Positions 1 through 9,160 are shown, numbered from the stretch's first letter. The stretch: DNA of 59,007 nucleotides from a bacterium (GCA_030531905.1 JAUNMG010000006.1:1-59007); one strand, 5' to 3'. Notes: generated by a model from the letters alone, not told the origin. Made by a program: numbers and translations.

Positions 1-23
1 TTACAGTATGTAAGAAATTCATC

Positions 24-52
24 TTTACAAAACACTAAAGAAATGTTATAAT
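24..52 (+). promoter_or_regulatory. sigma-A-type promoter of the LCP gene
   Basis: TTTACA (24-29), 17 nt, TG-T-TATAAT (47-52), upstream of RBS GAGGTGG. Confidence 0.6.
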
Positions 53-80
53 ATGCAACGTATTTTGAGGTGGTTTGTAT

Positions 81-1487
81 ATGAAAAAGATAGTGTTAAA
101 AAACACATTAAGTTTAATAAGTTTGGTAACTCTCATATTTCTATTAGTTTCGGTTTTAAAAATTAATATTCTTAGTAATAAGTATTTAATATTATTTATT
201 ATGATTGAAGTAGTTATTAATTTACTAGGAATAATACTAATAAATTTAAAAAAGAAAGTTTTTTTGATACTAGGATTTATATTATTATTGATTATAAGTG
301 TAGTAAATGCATTTGGTTTTTATTACTTAGATAAGACAAATACATTTATAGATAATGGTTTTTCTGATTATGTTGTGGTAAATACTGACTATTTAGTTAT
401 TACTAATACTAATAATCCTATAAATGATATCAAAGATGTTAATAATAAAATTTATTATTATAAATATTCTAAAAGTATAGATTTAGCATTAAAAAAATTA
501 AATAAATACAGATTTGAATCTACTGATAGTATAAGTAGTGTTTTAAATATTATTAATAATGATTCAAATAATTATTTACTTATAAGTCGTAGTAATTATG
601 ATTATTTAATGAGTTCAACTATTTTGTATGATCGTAACAATTATAAAATAATAAAAGAATTTAGTGTTAGTTATAAGGAATTAAAGAATAATACGGTAAA
701 AGATAGTTATACAATTTATTTGAATGGTGTTGACTTTACAGGTGTAATGAGAGATTTTAATATGCTTGTTACAGTTAATACTAAGAGTAGACAAATTGTT
801 TTGACATCTATTTTGAGAGGTTATTATATTGATGTACCAGCCTATAATATTAAAGATACGTTGATGTGTTTGGGTTCACTTGATAGTGATGTCAGCAAAG
901 AGGCTTTAGAAAAATTATTTGATGTAGATATTGACTATACATTTAATGTTAATACTAATTCACTTGTAAATATTGTTGATACTTTAGGGGGAGTAGAGTT
1001 TTGTTCTGATTATGATTTTACAACAACTCATGTTTTAACAACTGATACTTACAATGATAAGAATGGTACTAAATTAAGAGTAACTAAAGGATGTAAAAAC
1101 TATAATGGAAAAGAAATTCTTGCGATATCAAGAGAAAGACTTAATTTAAGAGACAATGAAAGAGGAAGAATAAATAATTGCCGTAAAATTCTACTTAGTA
1201 TAGGTAAAAAAACATTAAATACGTCAACATTATCTAACTATTCAGAAATTTTAAATAGTTATAGTAATTTATATACAACTGATATGAATAAAAAAACAGT
1301 TACAAATTTATTTAAATCTTTAATAGAGAATTATAGCGATTATGAAATAATTGAACAATATCCAGATGGTTCTGATGGTAAAGGAATGGGACATTTAGGT
1401 ACTCAAGAGGTTGGTGTGACAATTCCAGATATGAATCAAGTTAATACTGCTAGTGCAAAAATAAAAGAGGTACTAAAGAATAAATAG
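81..1487 (+). CDS. LytR-CpsA-Psr (LCP) family glycopolymer transferase
   Basis: 3 N-terminal TM segments, then an LCP-like domain (RDFNMLVTVN, SILRGYYIDVP, DIDYTFNVN..VNIVDTLGGV, R-E-R..RGR). ATG 81 follows GAGGTGG; the track start TTG 75 is less likely. Confidence 0.85.
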   Translation: MKKIVLKNTLSLISLVTLIFLLVSVLKINILSNKYLILFIMIEVVINLLGIILINLKKKVFLILGFILLLIISVVNAFGFYYLDKTNTFIDNGFSDYVVVNTDYLVITNTNNPINDIKDVNNKIYYYKYSKSIDLALKKLNKYRFESTDSISSVLNIINNDSNNYLLISRSNYDYLMSSTILYDRNNYKIIKEFSVSYKELKNNTVKDSYTIYLNGVDFTGVMRDFNMLVTVNTKSRQIVLTSILRGYYIDVPAYNIKDTLMCLGSLDSDVSKEALEKLFDVDIDYTFNVNTNSLVNIVDTLGGVEFCSDYDFTTTHVLTTDTYNDKNGTKLRVTKGCKNYNGKEILAISRERLNLRDNERGRINNCRKILLSIGKKTLNTSTLSNYSEILNSYSNLYTTDMNKKTVTNLFKSLIENYSDYEIIEQYPDGSDGKGMGHLGTQEVGVTIPDMNQVNTASAKIKEVLKNK

Positions 1488-1540
1488 CGCTTCTTTTTCT
1501 TTTATGATATAATAAATTTATAAATATCTAAGGAGTTCTT

Positions 1541-2986
1541 ATGAAAAAAAGTTTAAAAAAAGAATACATACTATATTTTTTGTTTTTCTTAGCAATTATG
1601 TGTTTAAGTCCAATTTCTGGTGATGATTGGGGAAATTATTTGGTCGGTAAACAAGGAATAAGACATATGATTGGTAATGCTATTGGTATGTACTTTTCCT
1701 GGGAAGGTAGATTTGTTAGTAGACTATTAATAAATTTACTAACATATAATAAGTGGTTATGGAATATAGTTAATAGCTTTGTAATTGTTTCAATAATATA
1801 TCTGATAAATAATATTTGTAACTTTAAAAATAAAAAATTAACATTAGTAGTGCCCTTAATATTTCTATTTACAAATTTATTTACCTTTTCGCAAGTTATT
1901 GTTTGGATTGCGGGAAATATTACATATCTATTTGTAATATTATTATTACTTTATTATATATCTGAAGTTTATAAACAAAGTGAATTTTCATCTAAAAAAA
2001 CAATTCTTTTGTTAAGTCTAAATATTATAATTCCAATGTTCGTTGAACATATGGCTATTATTCTTATATTAATAAATATTATATTTATAATTATTAATTA
2101 TTTAAAAGATAAGAAGATTAATAAAAAATTAATTATATTTTTAATAATATCAATAATAAGTTTTTTATGTATGTTTTTATCTCCAGGAAATAGTTTAAGA
2201 AGTAGTATGGAAAATAGTGATTTTAATAGTTTAAATTTCTCTCAGAAGATACTATACAATATTCCTAATCTTATATATTATACATATATTATTAATTATT
2301 TTCTTGCTATACTAATGATTATAGGTAATTATTTAATTACTAAAAATGAAATTAAGAATAAACCAGTTAGAATTTTACTTTATATATTTGAATTAATTTC
2401 TATAATACCTATTTTGGTAATTACTTTTAATAATAAATTCTCAAGTTCTAATATTTTTACAATTATATATTTTATATTGTATAGTATCAGTAGCTTTTAT
2501 TTAATCATTAAAAGTAGTAAGAATATAACAACTGATTTAGCAATTTTCTTTTTCTTTATTGGGATTTGTTCTAATGGGGTAATGCTTTTATCACCAACTT
2601 GGGGATATCGTACATCTTTTTCAACATATTTATTTATGGGGATTAGCTATTTAATAATAATTGATAGATATGTACGTATAAATAAATTTTTAAATTATTT
2701 AATAATTATTTGTAATATTATTGGTATGTTAGGATATATTACTTTCTACATAAGTGTTCATTTACAGTATATGGATAATTATGAAATAATAAATAAAGGC
2801 ATTGAAACAAAATCTAAAAATATAGTAATAGTAAGTTATCCAGCTTTCGCACCATGTAACATTAATCCGACTAATGAATATCACATGAAAAAGTTCAAAG
2901 AGTATTATAAAATAGATAAAGATACTGAGGTTACGTTAGTTGATAATAATTGGAAATTTCATCTATTATATAGGAGGCAATCCTAG
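1541..2986 (+). CDS. Multi-pass membrane protein, DUF6056-like (putative GT-C glycosyltransferase)
   Basis: About 12 hydrophobic segments; N-terminal SPISGDDW and W-E-G-R motifs, SPGN later. Confidence 0.55.
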   Translation: MKKSLKKEYILYFLFFLAIMCLSPISGDDWGNYLVGKQGIRHMIGNAIGMYFSWEGRFVSRLLINLLTYNKWLWNIVNSFVIVSIIYLINNICNFKNKKLTLVVPLIFLFTNLFTFSQVIVWIAGNITYLFVILLLLYYISEVYKQSEFSSKKTILLLSLNIIIPMFVEHMAIILILINIIFIIINYLKDKKINKKLIIFLIISIISFLCMFLSPGNSLRSSMENSDFNSLNFSQKILYNIPNLIYYTYIINYFLAILMIIGNYLITKNEIKNKPVRILLYIFELISIIPILVITFNNKFSSSNIFTIIYFILYSISSFYLIIKSSKNITTDLAIFFFFIGICSNGVMLLSPTWGYRTSFSTYLFMGISYLIIIDRYVRINKFLNYLIIICNIIGMLGYITFYISVHLQYMDNYEIINKGIETKSKNIVIVSYPAFAPCNINPTNEYHMKKFKEYYKIDKDTEVTLVDNNWKFHLLYRRQS

Positions 2987-3035
2987 TTCTAAAAATATAA
3001 TTAATTACTAATATTTTGAATATTAAAGAATTATG

Positions 3036-3059
3036 AATAGGGTAATCCCTATTTTTTTT
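3036..3059 (+). terminator. Intrinsic terminator
   Basis: AATAGGG-TAAT-CCCTATT followed by a T run. Confidence 0.7.
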
Positions 3060-3101
3060 CTAATTAAAAGTTTTACAACATATCATTAATTAGGTGATAA
3101 T

Positions 3102-3344
3102 ATGCTTAATAGAATAAAAGACTATATTAATGATAAAGAGTTTAGAATGACTATATTTACAGATAGAATTCATATTATTAATTATTTACAAATTTTATCC
3201 ATTGAAGATGAGCGAGTAGCTTTTTTAACTAATAAAGGAAGAATTATTATAAAAGGTAATAATTTATGTTTAAATAAACTACTAGATGATGAGGTATTAG
3301 TAAGTGGATTTGTTTCTAATATAGAGGTGGATTTCAATGACTAA
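3102..3344 (+). CDS. yqfC: YabP/YqfC family sporulation protein
   Basis: 80 aa, IHIINYLQILSI..I.IKGNNL.LNKLLDDEVLVSG pattern; directly upstream of yqfD. Confidence 0.75.
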   Translation: MLNRIKDYINDKEFRMTIFTDRIHIINYLQILSIEDERVAFLTNKGRIIIKGNNLCLNKLLDDEVLVSGFVSNIEVDFND

Positions 3345-4521
3345 TAAATATAAGTTATTAATAGTAGGTAAAAATCCAAAACGTTTTCTTGATAACTTAA
3401 TTTCTTTAAAAATATCATTGTATGATGTCAAATTAACTGATAAAGAACTAACTATAGTAGTAGATTTAGATGATTATGATAAAATATTAAAGTTAAAAAC
3501 TTCTTATAAAATAAAAGTAATTGATTATTATGGATTAGTTAAGTATGAGAATATTTTAAAAAAATATAATGTTTTTTTTATATGTTTAATTATAGGTTTG
3601 GTTTTAATTAAAGTTTTATCTTCTATTATATTTGATATTGATATAGAACATCCTAAAAGTGAAATTAGAGAACTAGTACTTGCGGATTTAGAAGAGTTTG
3701 GTATTTCTAAATATCATTTTAAATTTAGTTATGATGAAAAAGAAAAGATAATTAAAAAAATTCTTCATAAAGAAACAGATAGATTAGAATGGTTGGAAAT
3801 AGATAGTATTGGTACAAAATATGTAGTAAAAGTAGAAGAACGTATTAAAAATGATCCCAAAATAGATAACACTTTTCAACATATAGTTGCTAAAAAGGAT
3901 GCGATGATACTTCAAATTCAAGCATCTTCTGGTGAAATTAAAGTTAGTAAAAATGACTATGTAAAAAAAGGGGATATTCTAATTAGTGGTTTTATTACCA
4001 AAGATGAAGAAATAAAGAAAAAAGTAAAAGCTATTGGAACGGTTTATGGAGAAGTTTGGTATCAAGCAGAAATAACACTTCCAAAAGTTTATAAAGAAAT
4101 AAAATATACTAAGAATAGTAAGAAGAGATTCCAAGTTAAATTTTTATCACATGATTTTCTATTATTTGATTTTAAACCATATAAAACATATGAAAGTAGT
4201 AATATAACTCTTCTAGAAAATAGACTTTTGCCAATGAGTTTTAATTATTCAAAAGTAGGCGAAACTAAAGAGATAACTAAAAGATATACTGGAACTAAAG
4301 GAGAAAAAGAAGCTTTAAAATTAGCAGAGAAAAATCTAAAGAAGAAACTTAGTGTAAATGATTCTATTATTTCTAAAAAAGTTTTGAAAAAGACAGAGAA
4401 AGATAGTAAAATAATAGTAGATATATTTTTTAAAGTAAAAGAAGATATAACAGATACAGTAAATATCGATAATATAGATATAACAAAACAAGAAGGTGTA
4501 AAGGATGAATCAAGTAACTAA
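3337..4521 (+). CDS. yqfD: Sporulation protein YqfD (stage IV family)
   Basis: One TM near aa 80-100, IVAKKDAMI..I.ASSG...V..GDILISG and V.A.G.VYG.VWY motifs; overlaps yqfC. Confidence 0.8.
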   Translation: MTNKYKLLIVGKNPKRFLDNLISLKISLYDVKLTDKELTIVVDLDDYDKILKLKTSYKIKVIDYYGLVKYENILKKYNVFFICLIIGLVLIKVLSSIIFDIDIEHPKSEIRELVLADLEEFGISKYHFKFSYDEKEKIIKKILHKETDRLEWLEIDSIGTKYVVKVEERIKNDPKIDNTFQHIVAKKDAMILQIQASSGEIKVSKNDYVKKGDILISGFITKDEEIKKKVKAIGTVYGEVWYQAEITLPKVYKEIKYTKNSKKRFQVKFLSHDFLLFDFKPYKTYESSNITLLENRLLPMSFNYSKVGETKEITKRYTGTKGEKEALKLAEKNLKKKLSVNDSIISKKVLKKTEKDSKIIVDIFFKVKEDITDTVNIDNIDITKQEGVKDESSN

Positions 4522-5101
4522 AACAATTCAAGGTGTTATTGATATGGCTTGGCCTATGGTAATTATTTCTATCGTAATTATTGTTTCACTTAGAATAACT
4601 TATCTAATAAAGAATCATCAAAAACTAGTTTTATATAAAGAGTTATTGATGCTTTCTTTTATAATTTATATTTTATGTTTGTTCCAAATTGTAACTTTCC
4701 AAGATGCTGTTACATGGAGCAGTAATAATTTTGTTCCATTTAAAGAAATGTTTAGATATCAAATTGGAAGTAGATTATTTATTAAAAATGTTTTAGGAAA
4801 TATTATTTTATTCTTACCATTTGGTTTTTTTACAGCATATTACCTAGATATAAAAAAGCCTTATTTAATTATAATTTTAACTTTAATTGCCTCTACATCA
4901 ATTGAATTTGTTCAAATGTCAATTGGTAGAGTATTTGATATAGATGATATTATGCTTAATACTATTGGTGGTATAGTAGGTTTGTATTTATTTAGTATAC
5001 TTAGTAAAATAGGAAAAACTCTTCCTAATTTTATGAAAAGTGAGCTGTTTTTAAACTTAATTTCTGTTATAATATTAATCGGAGTAATTGTGCTTATATA
5101 A
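4505..5101 (+). CDS. VanZ-family membrane protein
   Basis: NFVPFKEM, NVLGNIILFLPFG, IEFVQ..IGRVFDIDDIMLNTIGG. Confidence 0.85.
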   Translation: MNQVTKTIQGVIDMAWPMVIISIVIIVSLRITYLIKNHQKLVLYKELLMLSFIIYILCLFQIVTFQDAVTWSSNNFVPFKEMFRYQIGSRLFIKNVLGNIILFLPFGFFTAYYLDIKKPYLIIILTLIASTSIEFVQMSIGRVFDIDDIMLNTIGGIVGLYLFSILSKIGKTLPNFMKSELFLNLISVIILIGVIVLI

Positions 5102-5117
5102 TAGGAGGTAAGTATTT

Positions 5118-5567
5118 ATGAATAATATAGAAATATTTAATCAAACAGAAGAAGAAATTGATGAGTTAGAAACTGTTAGAAAAGTTTTAGATTTTGCGGT
5201 TAAAAAAGAAAATCTAAAAAATGTTGATTTTAATGTAATTATAGTTAGAGAAGACTATATTCATGAATTAAATAAAAATTATCGTAATATTGATCGTGTA
5301 ACTGATGTTATTACATTTGCATTAGAAGATGATGATACAGTACTTAATGCTAGTAACAGAAGAGTTTTGGGAGATGTTTATATTTGTCTTGATAGAGCAA
5401 AATCTCAAGCAATTGAATATCAACATTCATTCTTACGTGAAATATGCTTCTTAGCAGTACATGGTTTTTATCACTTACTTGGTTACGATCATCAAACTAA
5501 GGAAGAAGAAGAAGTTATGTTTACAAAGCAAGAGGAGGTATTAAGTGGTTGTGGTATCAAAAGATAA
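5118..5567 (+). CDS. ybeY: rRNA maturation endoribonuclease YbeY
   Basis: LNKNYRNIDRVTDVITF, LGDVYIC, HGFYHLLGYDH zinc motif. Confidence 0.95.
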   Translation: MNNIEIFNQTEEEIDELETVRKVLDFAVKKENLKNVDFNVIIVREDYIHELNKNYRNIDRVTDVITFALEDDDTVLNASNRRVLGDVYICLDRAKSQAIEYQHSFLREICFLAVHGFYHLLGYDHQTKEEEEVMFTKQEEVLSGCGIKR

Positions 5568-5946
5568 AATAATTAATAAAAAAAAGTTAAGAAACAGTTT
5601 TAAATATGCCTTTTGTGGGGTAATAACAGCTTATAAGGAAGAACAAAATTTAAGGATTCATACTTTGATGGCTATTTTAGTTATGATAGCTTCGTATATT
5701 TTGAAGTTAAATTATATTGAGTTTTCAATATGTTTAATTTTAATTGGACTTGTCTTAATCGCAGAGTTTTTTAATACCGCTATTGAAAGTATTGTGGATA
5801 TGATTACTATAGAAAAAAATCCCTATGCTAAAAAGGCTAAAGATGTTTCAGCGGCAGCAGTTTTAATTTTTTCAATATTTTCAAGTATTATTGGCTTGAT
5901 AATATTCATCCCAAAAATAATAAGTTTTATAAATAATTTAATGTAG
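5545..5946 (+). CDS. dgkA: Diacylglycerol/undecaprenol kinase DgkA family
   Basis: SFKYAFCG, EEQNLRIH, EFFNTAIESIVD, AKKAKDVSAAAV; ybeY-dgkA-cdd-era order. Confidence 0.9.
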   Translation: MVVVSKDKIINKKKLRNSFKYAFCGVITAYKEEQNLRIHTLMAILVMIASYILKLNYIEFSICLILIGLVLIAEFFNTAIESIVDMITIEKNPYAKKAKDVSAAAVLIFSIFSSIIGLIIFIPKIISFINNLM

Positions 5947-5990
5947 AAATAAATCTATAATCTATAATATAAGAAAAGGAGTAATTAATC

Positions 5991-6377
5991 ATGGTAGAAA
6001 AATTAATAGCTTTACAAAAAAATTCATACTCACCATATTCTAACTTTCCAGTTAGTGCTTATGTGGTTATGAAAGATGGAAATGAGTTCGGTGGAGTAAA
6101 TGTTGAAAATGCTAGTTATGGTGCAGGTATTTGCGCTGAAAGAAGTGCTATTGTAAGTGCTATAAGTAAAGGATATAAAAAGGGAGATTTCAAACAGTTA
6201 CACGTTATGGTATCAAGTGGTTCAATTGGAACACCTTGTTTCATTTGTCGCCAAGTAATTTCTGAATTTTTTGATAGTGATGCTTTAATCTATTGTTATT
6301 CTACAAAAGGTGAGGTGGAAACTCACACTGTTAAAGAAATGTGTCCTTATCCGTTTGGAAGTGATGATTTAGTATGA
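5991..6377 (+). CDS. cdd: Cytidine deaminase
   Basis: YSPYSNFPV, GVNVENASYG..ICAE, PCFICRQ. Confidence 0.95.
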   Translation: MVEKLIALQKNSYSPYSNFPVSAYVVMKDGNEFGGVNVENASYGAGICAERSAIVSAISKGYKKGDFKQLHVMVSSGSIGTPCFICRQVISEFFDSDALIYCYSTKGEVETHTVKEMCPYPFGSDDLV

Positions 6378-7261
6378 AATGTGGATTTGTTAGTTTAGTT
6401 GGAAGACCAAACGTTGGTAAAAGTACATTACTTAATAGTATTTTAGGAATAAAACTTGCTATAACTTCAGATAAAGCAGGAACAACAAGAAACGTTATTA
6501 ATGGAATTTATAATGATAAAGATTCTCAAATTATTTTCGTTGATACTCCTGGTATTCATAAACCTAATCATAAATTAGGAAATTTATTAAACAAAAAAGC
6601 CTATAATAATACTGAAGGAGTAGATGTTATCTTATTTTTAGTAGATATTTCTAAAGGATTTGGTAAGGGAGATCAATTTATTTTAAACAAAATTAAAGAT
6701 AAAGATGTTCCAATTATTCTTTTATTAAATAAGATAGACAAAGTTAAAGATAAACAAAAATTATTAAAAGATATTGATGAATTAAGAAAGCTATATGATT
6801 TTGCTGAAATAATTCCAATTTCAGCTAAAGCTCATGATAATGTAGATGTTTTAATTACAAGTATTAAAAAGTATTTAGAAGAACAAGAACGTATTTATGA
6901 TGAAGATGATTTAACAAATGTTTCTACTAAATTTATTATGTCAGAGTTAGTAAGAGAAAAGGTATTAGAACTTACTAAAGATGAAATTCCACATTCAGTT
7001 ACTTGTTACGTTGAAAATTATGAAGAAGATGACAAACTAGTTCATATCCAGGTTTTAATAGTAGTTGATCGTGATAATTTAAAGAAAATTTTAATAGGTA
7101 AAAATGGATCAATGCTAAAACAAATTGGTACCTTAGCACGTCATGATATGGAAGAATTTTTAGGTAAAAAGGTATTTTTAGAGACATATGTTAAAACATT
7201 AAAAAATTGGCGAGATCAAGAAAAGTATTTTGATGAATTAGGTTTAAAAGAAATTGAATAA
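6374..7261 (+). CDS. era: GTPase Era
   Basis: GRPNVGKST, DTPG, NKID, C-terminal KH domain with ILIGKNG. Confidence 0.97.
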   Translation: MKCGFVSLVGRPNVGKSTLLNSILGIKLAITSDKAGTTRNVINGIYNDKDSQIIFVDTPGIHKPNHKLGNLLNKKAYNNTEGVDVILFLVDISKGFGKGDQFILNKIKDKDVPIILLLNKIDKVKDKQKLLKDIDELRKLYDFAEIIPISAKAHDNVDVLITSIKKYLEEQERIYDEDDLTNVSTKFIMSELVREKVLELTKDEIPHSVTCYVENYEEDDKLVHIQVLIVVDRDNLKKILIGKNGSMLKQIGTLARHDMEEFLGKKVFLETYVKTLKNWRDQEKYFDELGLKEIE

Positions 7262-7302
7262 AAAATAAAATAAATCACCACTATATTAATAGAGGTGATT
7301 TT

Positions 7303-7392
7303 ATGAATGAAGTAATTTGGAAATTATTTAAAGAAACAGGAGATATAAAATATTATATTCTTTTAAAAAATATGAATAAAAGAAGTGATTAA
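7303..7392 (+). CDS. yqzL: YqzL-like small protein (29 aa, not in ORF track)
   Basis: RBS AGAGGTG then MNEVIWKLFKETGDIKYYILLKNMNKRSD; W-x-x-F-x-x-T-G-x-I-x-x-Y pattern between era and recO, as in B. subtilis. Confidence 0.75.
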   Translation: MNEVIWKLFKETGDIKYYILLKNMNKRSD

Positions 7393-8139
7393 ATGAAAAT
7401 AGAGGAAGTAGAAGGAATTGTTTTAGGTGAAACTAATTACAGTGAATCTAGTAAGATTCTTAATATTCTAACAAAAGAGTATGGTCTTATTGGTGTAATG
7501 TCCAAAGGAAGTAGAAATTTAAAAAGCAAATTGCGTGCTGTTAGTAGAAAACTTATTTATGGTAAATTTCATATTTATTATAAAGAAAAAGGTCTTTCTA
7601 CATTAATTGGTGTTGATGTTATTTCATCTTTTAATAATATAATTACGGATTTAGAGAAAGTTTCTTATGCTTCTTATATAATAGATTTAACAAATCAAGT
7701 TCTAAAACAAAATGAAGATGAACATATTTATGATTTATTAATAGAAACTTTATTAAAGATGGAAGAGGGTTTATCTTCTTTAATACTTACAGATATTTTA
7801 GAATTAAAGCTACTTGAATACTTAGGAGTAAGTCCTAATCTTGATGGATGTAGTATTTGTGGTTCAACCAAAGATATTATTACACTTTCATCTACTGCAG
7901 GAGGATATCTTTGTAGAAATTGCTATCATGATGAAGGAATAGTAAGTGATAAGGCAATTAAACTAATTAGAATGTTTTACTATGTTGATATTGCAAGTAT
8001 TACAAAACTATCAGTATCTTCTGAAGTTTTAAAAGAAATTAATTTTTTCTTAGATGACTATTATGATAGATATACAGGACTTTATTTAAAAAGTAAAAAA
8101 TTCTTAAAACAATTAGAAAAAATAGAGCAAAAGATGTAG
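7393..8139 (+). CDS. recO: DNA repair protein RecO
   Basis: GIVL..TNYSESSKIL.ILTKEYG OB fold; CSIC..CRNC zinc site. Confidence 0.93.
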   Translation: MKIEEVEGIVLGETNYSESSKILNILTKEYGLIGVMSKGSRNLKSKLRAVSRKLIYGKFHIYYKEKGLSTLIGVDVISSFNNIITDLEKVSYASYIIDLTNQVLKQNEDEHIYDLLIETLLKMEEGLSSLILTDILELKLLEYLGVSPNLDGCSICGSTKDIITLSSTAGGYLCRNCYHDEGIVSDKAIKLIRMFYYVDIASITKLSVSSEVLKEINFFLDDYYDRYTGLYLKSKKFLKQLEKIEQKM

Positions 8140-8148
8140 GTGATTGTA

Positions 8149-8835
8149 ATGTATGAGGATTTAGTTAAACAATTTAATGATAAATATACAGAAGAAGAAA
8201 AGAATTTATTGTTTTTATATAAATCAAGAATTGGTGTTGCGATAAATTGTCTTAATGAGGAAGAAGATAAAGTATATGAAATTTATGAGTATTATAAAGA
8301 AAACTTAAAAGATCCTAAAAATATGTTTATGAGTTTTACTGTATTTAAAGATATTTCGCTAACAGATTTTTCTTCTTTTAAAAAGAGTTTGCAGCAAGCA
8401 AAAGAAAATATTGAACCACTTCTTTCAAGATTAGAACTAATATCTTCTATGACAGTTTATAGAATGGTATCAGTACAAAAAGGTGCTAATAATGAATTTT
8501 TATCAAAACAAAATATAGTTTCTACAAGTGTTGATATTAATGAATGTCTTAAATTTTGTATCAATGATGATGACTATGAACATTACTTATATCAAATCAA
8601 TCTTGAAAAAGGAAGTAAAGTTGCAATATGTCCCTATGCAGTAGTTACCAATAATTTAACTGGACAGTTTAATCTAACAACTAAGAAAGATCAAAAAGAA
8701 CTTATTCTAGACAAGAAAAATTATGAGTTTAGTTGTAGCAGTGAAAGAAAAATAATTTTAGCTGATTCAACAGAGATAAATTTTGTTACTGTTAATGCTC
8801 ATACTAAAGAAACTGTGAAAGATTTTTCTAGATAA
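8149..8835 (+). CDS. Putative ADP-ribosyltransferase (R-S-E clade)
   Basis: VYR, VSTS and Q-K-E-L-I-L motifs in the expected order; ATG 8149 follows AGGTG. Confidence 0.6.
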   Translation: MYEDLVKQFNDKYTEEEKNLLFLYKSRIGVAINCLNEEEDKVYEIYEYYKENLKDPKNMFMSFTVFKDISLTDFSSFKKSLQQAKENIEPLLSRLELISSMTVYRMVSVQKGANNEFLSKQNIVSTSVDINECLKFCINDDDYEHYLYQINLEKGSKVAICPYAVVTNNLTGQFNLTTKKDQKELILDKKNYEFSCSSERKIILADSTEINFVTVNAHTKETVKDFSR

Positions 8836-8840
8836 TAAAC

Positions 8841-8869
8841 TTTACATTTTCTTAAATATATGGTATAAT
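8841..8869 (+). promoter_or_regulatory. sigma-A-type promoter
   Basis: TTTACA, 17 nt, TG-G-TATAAT. Confidence 0.65.
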
Positions 8870-8894
8870 ATGCACTCGTAAGAGGGGTATTGGT

Positions 8895-8993
8895 ATGATT
8901 AAGAAAATTAAAGAGCTTATTTTAAAAAATAGAAAACAAGATGGATATTATGTTTACATTATTGGAAAAAAATCGATTGTTCATCTTGACTAA
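8895..8993 (+). CDS. Small hypothetical protein (32 aa, not in ORF track)
   Basis: RBS GAGGGG and upstream promoter; MIKKIKELILKNRKQDGYYVYIIGKKSIVHLD. Confidence 0.45.
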   Translation: MIKKIKELILKNRKQDGYYVYIIGKKSIVHLD

Positions 8994-9021
8994 TTAAATA
9001 AATATTAGTAGTATATATTTA

Positions 9022-9160
9022 TAAGTTGCGATGACTGAGGTGGAAACTCAAACAGCAGTATAATTAAAGTGATTCTTCTAGAATAAATAAGGTGGAACCG
9101 CGGAAATATTTATTTTCGTCCTTATATATATTCTAGAAGTTTTTCTTATTTTAGGAGGAA
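9022..9160 (+). promoter_or_regulatory. T-box leader (Gly, atypically short)
   Basis: T-box AATAAGGTGGAACCGCG (9086-9102) with partner CGTCCTTA (9117-9124); GCGATGAC and GGTGGAAA Stem I motifs; upstream of GlyRS. Confidence 0.8.

Noticed and set aside
6999-7187. Short antisense ORFs in the track (also 11036, 11802, 15853, 17078, 23152, 28394, 29230, 30202, 31179, 33111, 40088, 42460, 53631, 54042, 57445, 58632)
   Set aside because: They lie opposite well-supported genes, lack an RBS, and show the Phe/Leu/Ile/Ser bias typical of antisense frames in AT-rich DNA
8872-8880. GCACTCGTA after the 8864 -10, also present in the hrcA CIRCE
   Set aside because: Lacks TTA and the second arm; probably chance
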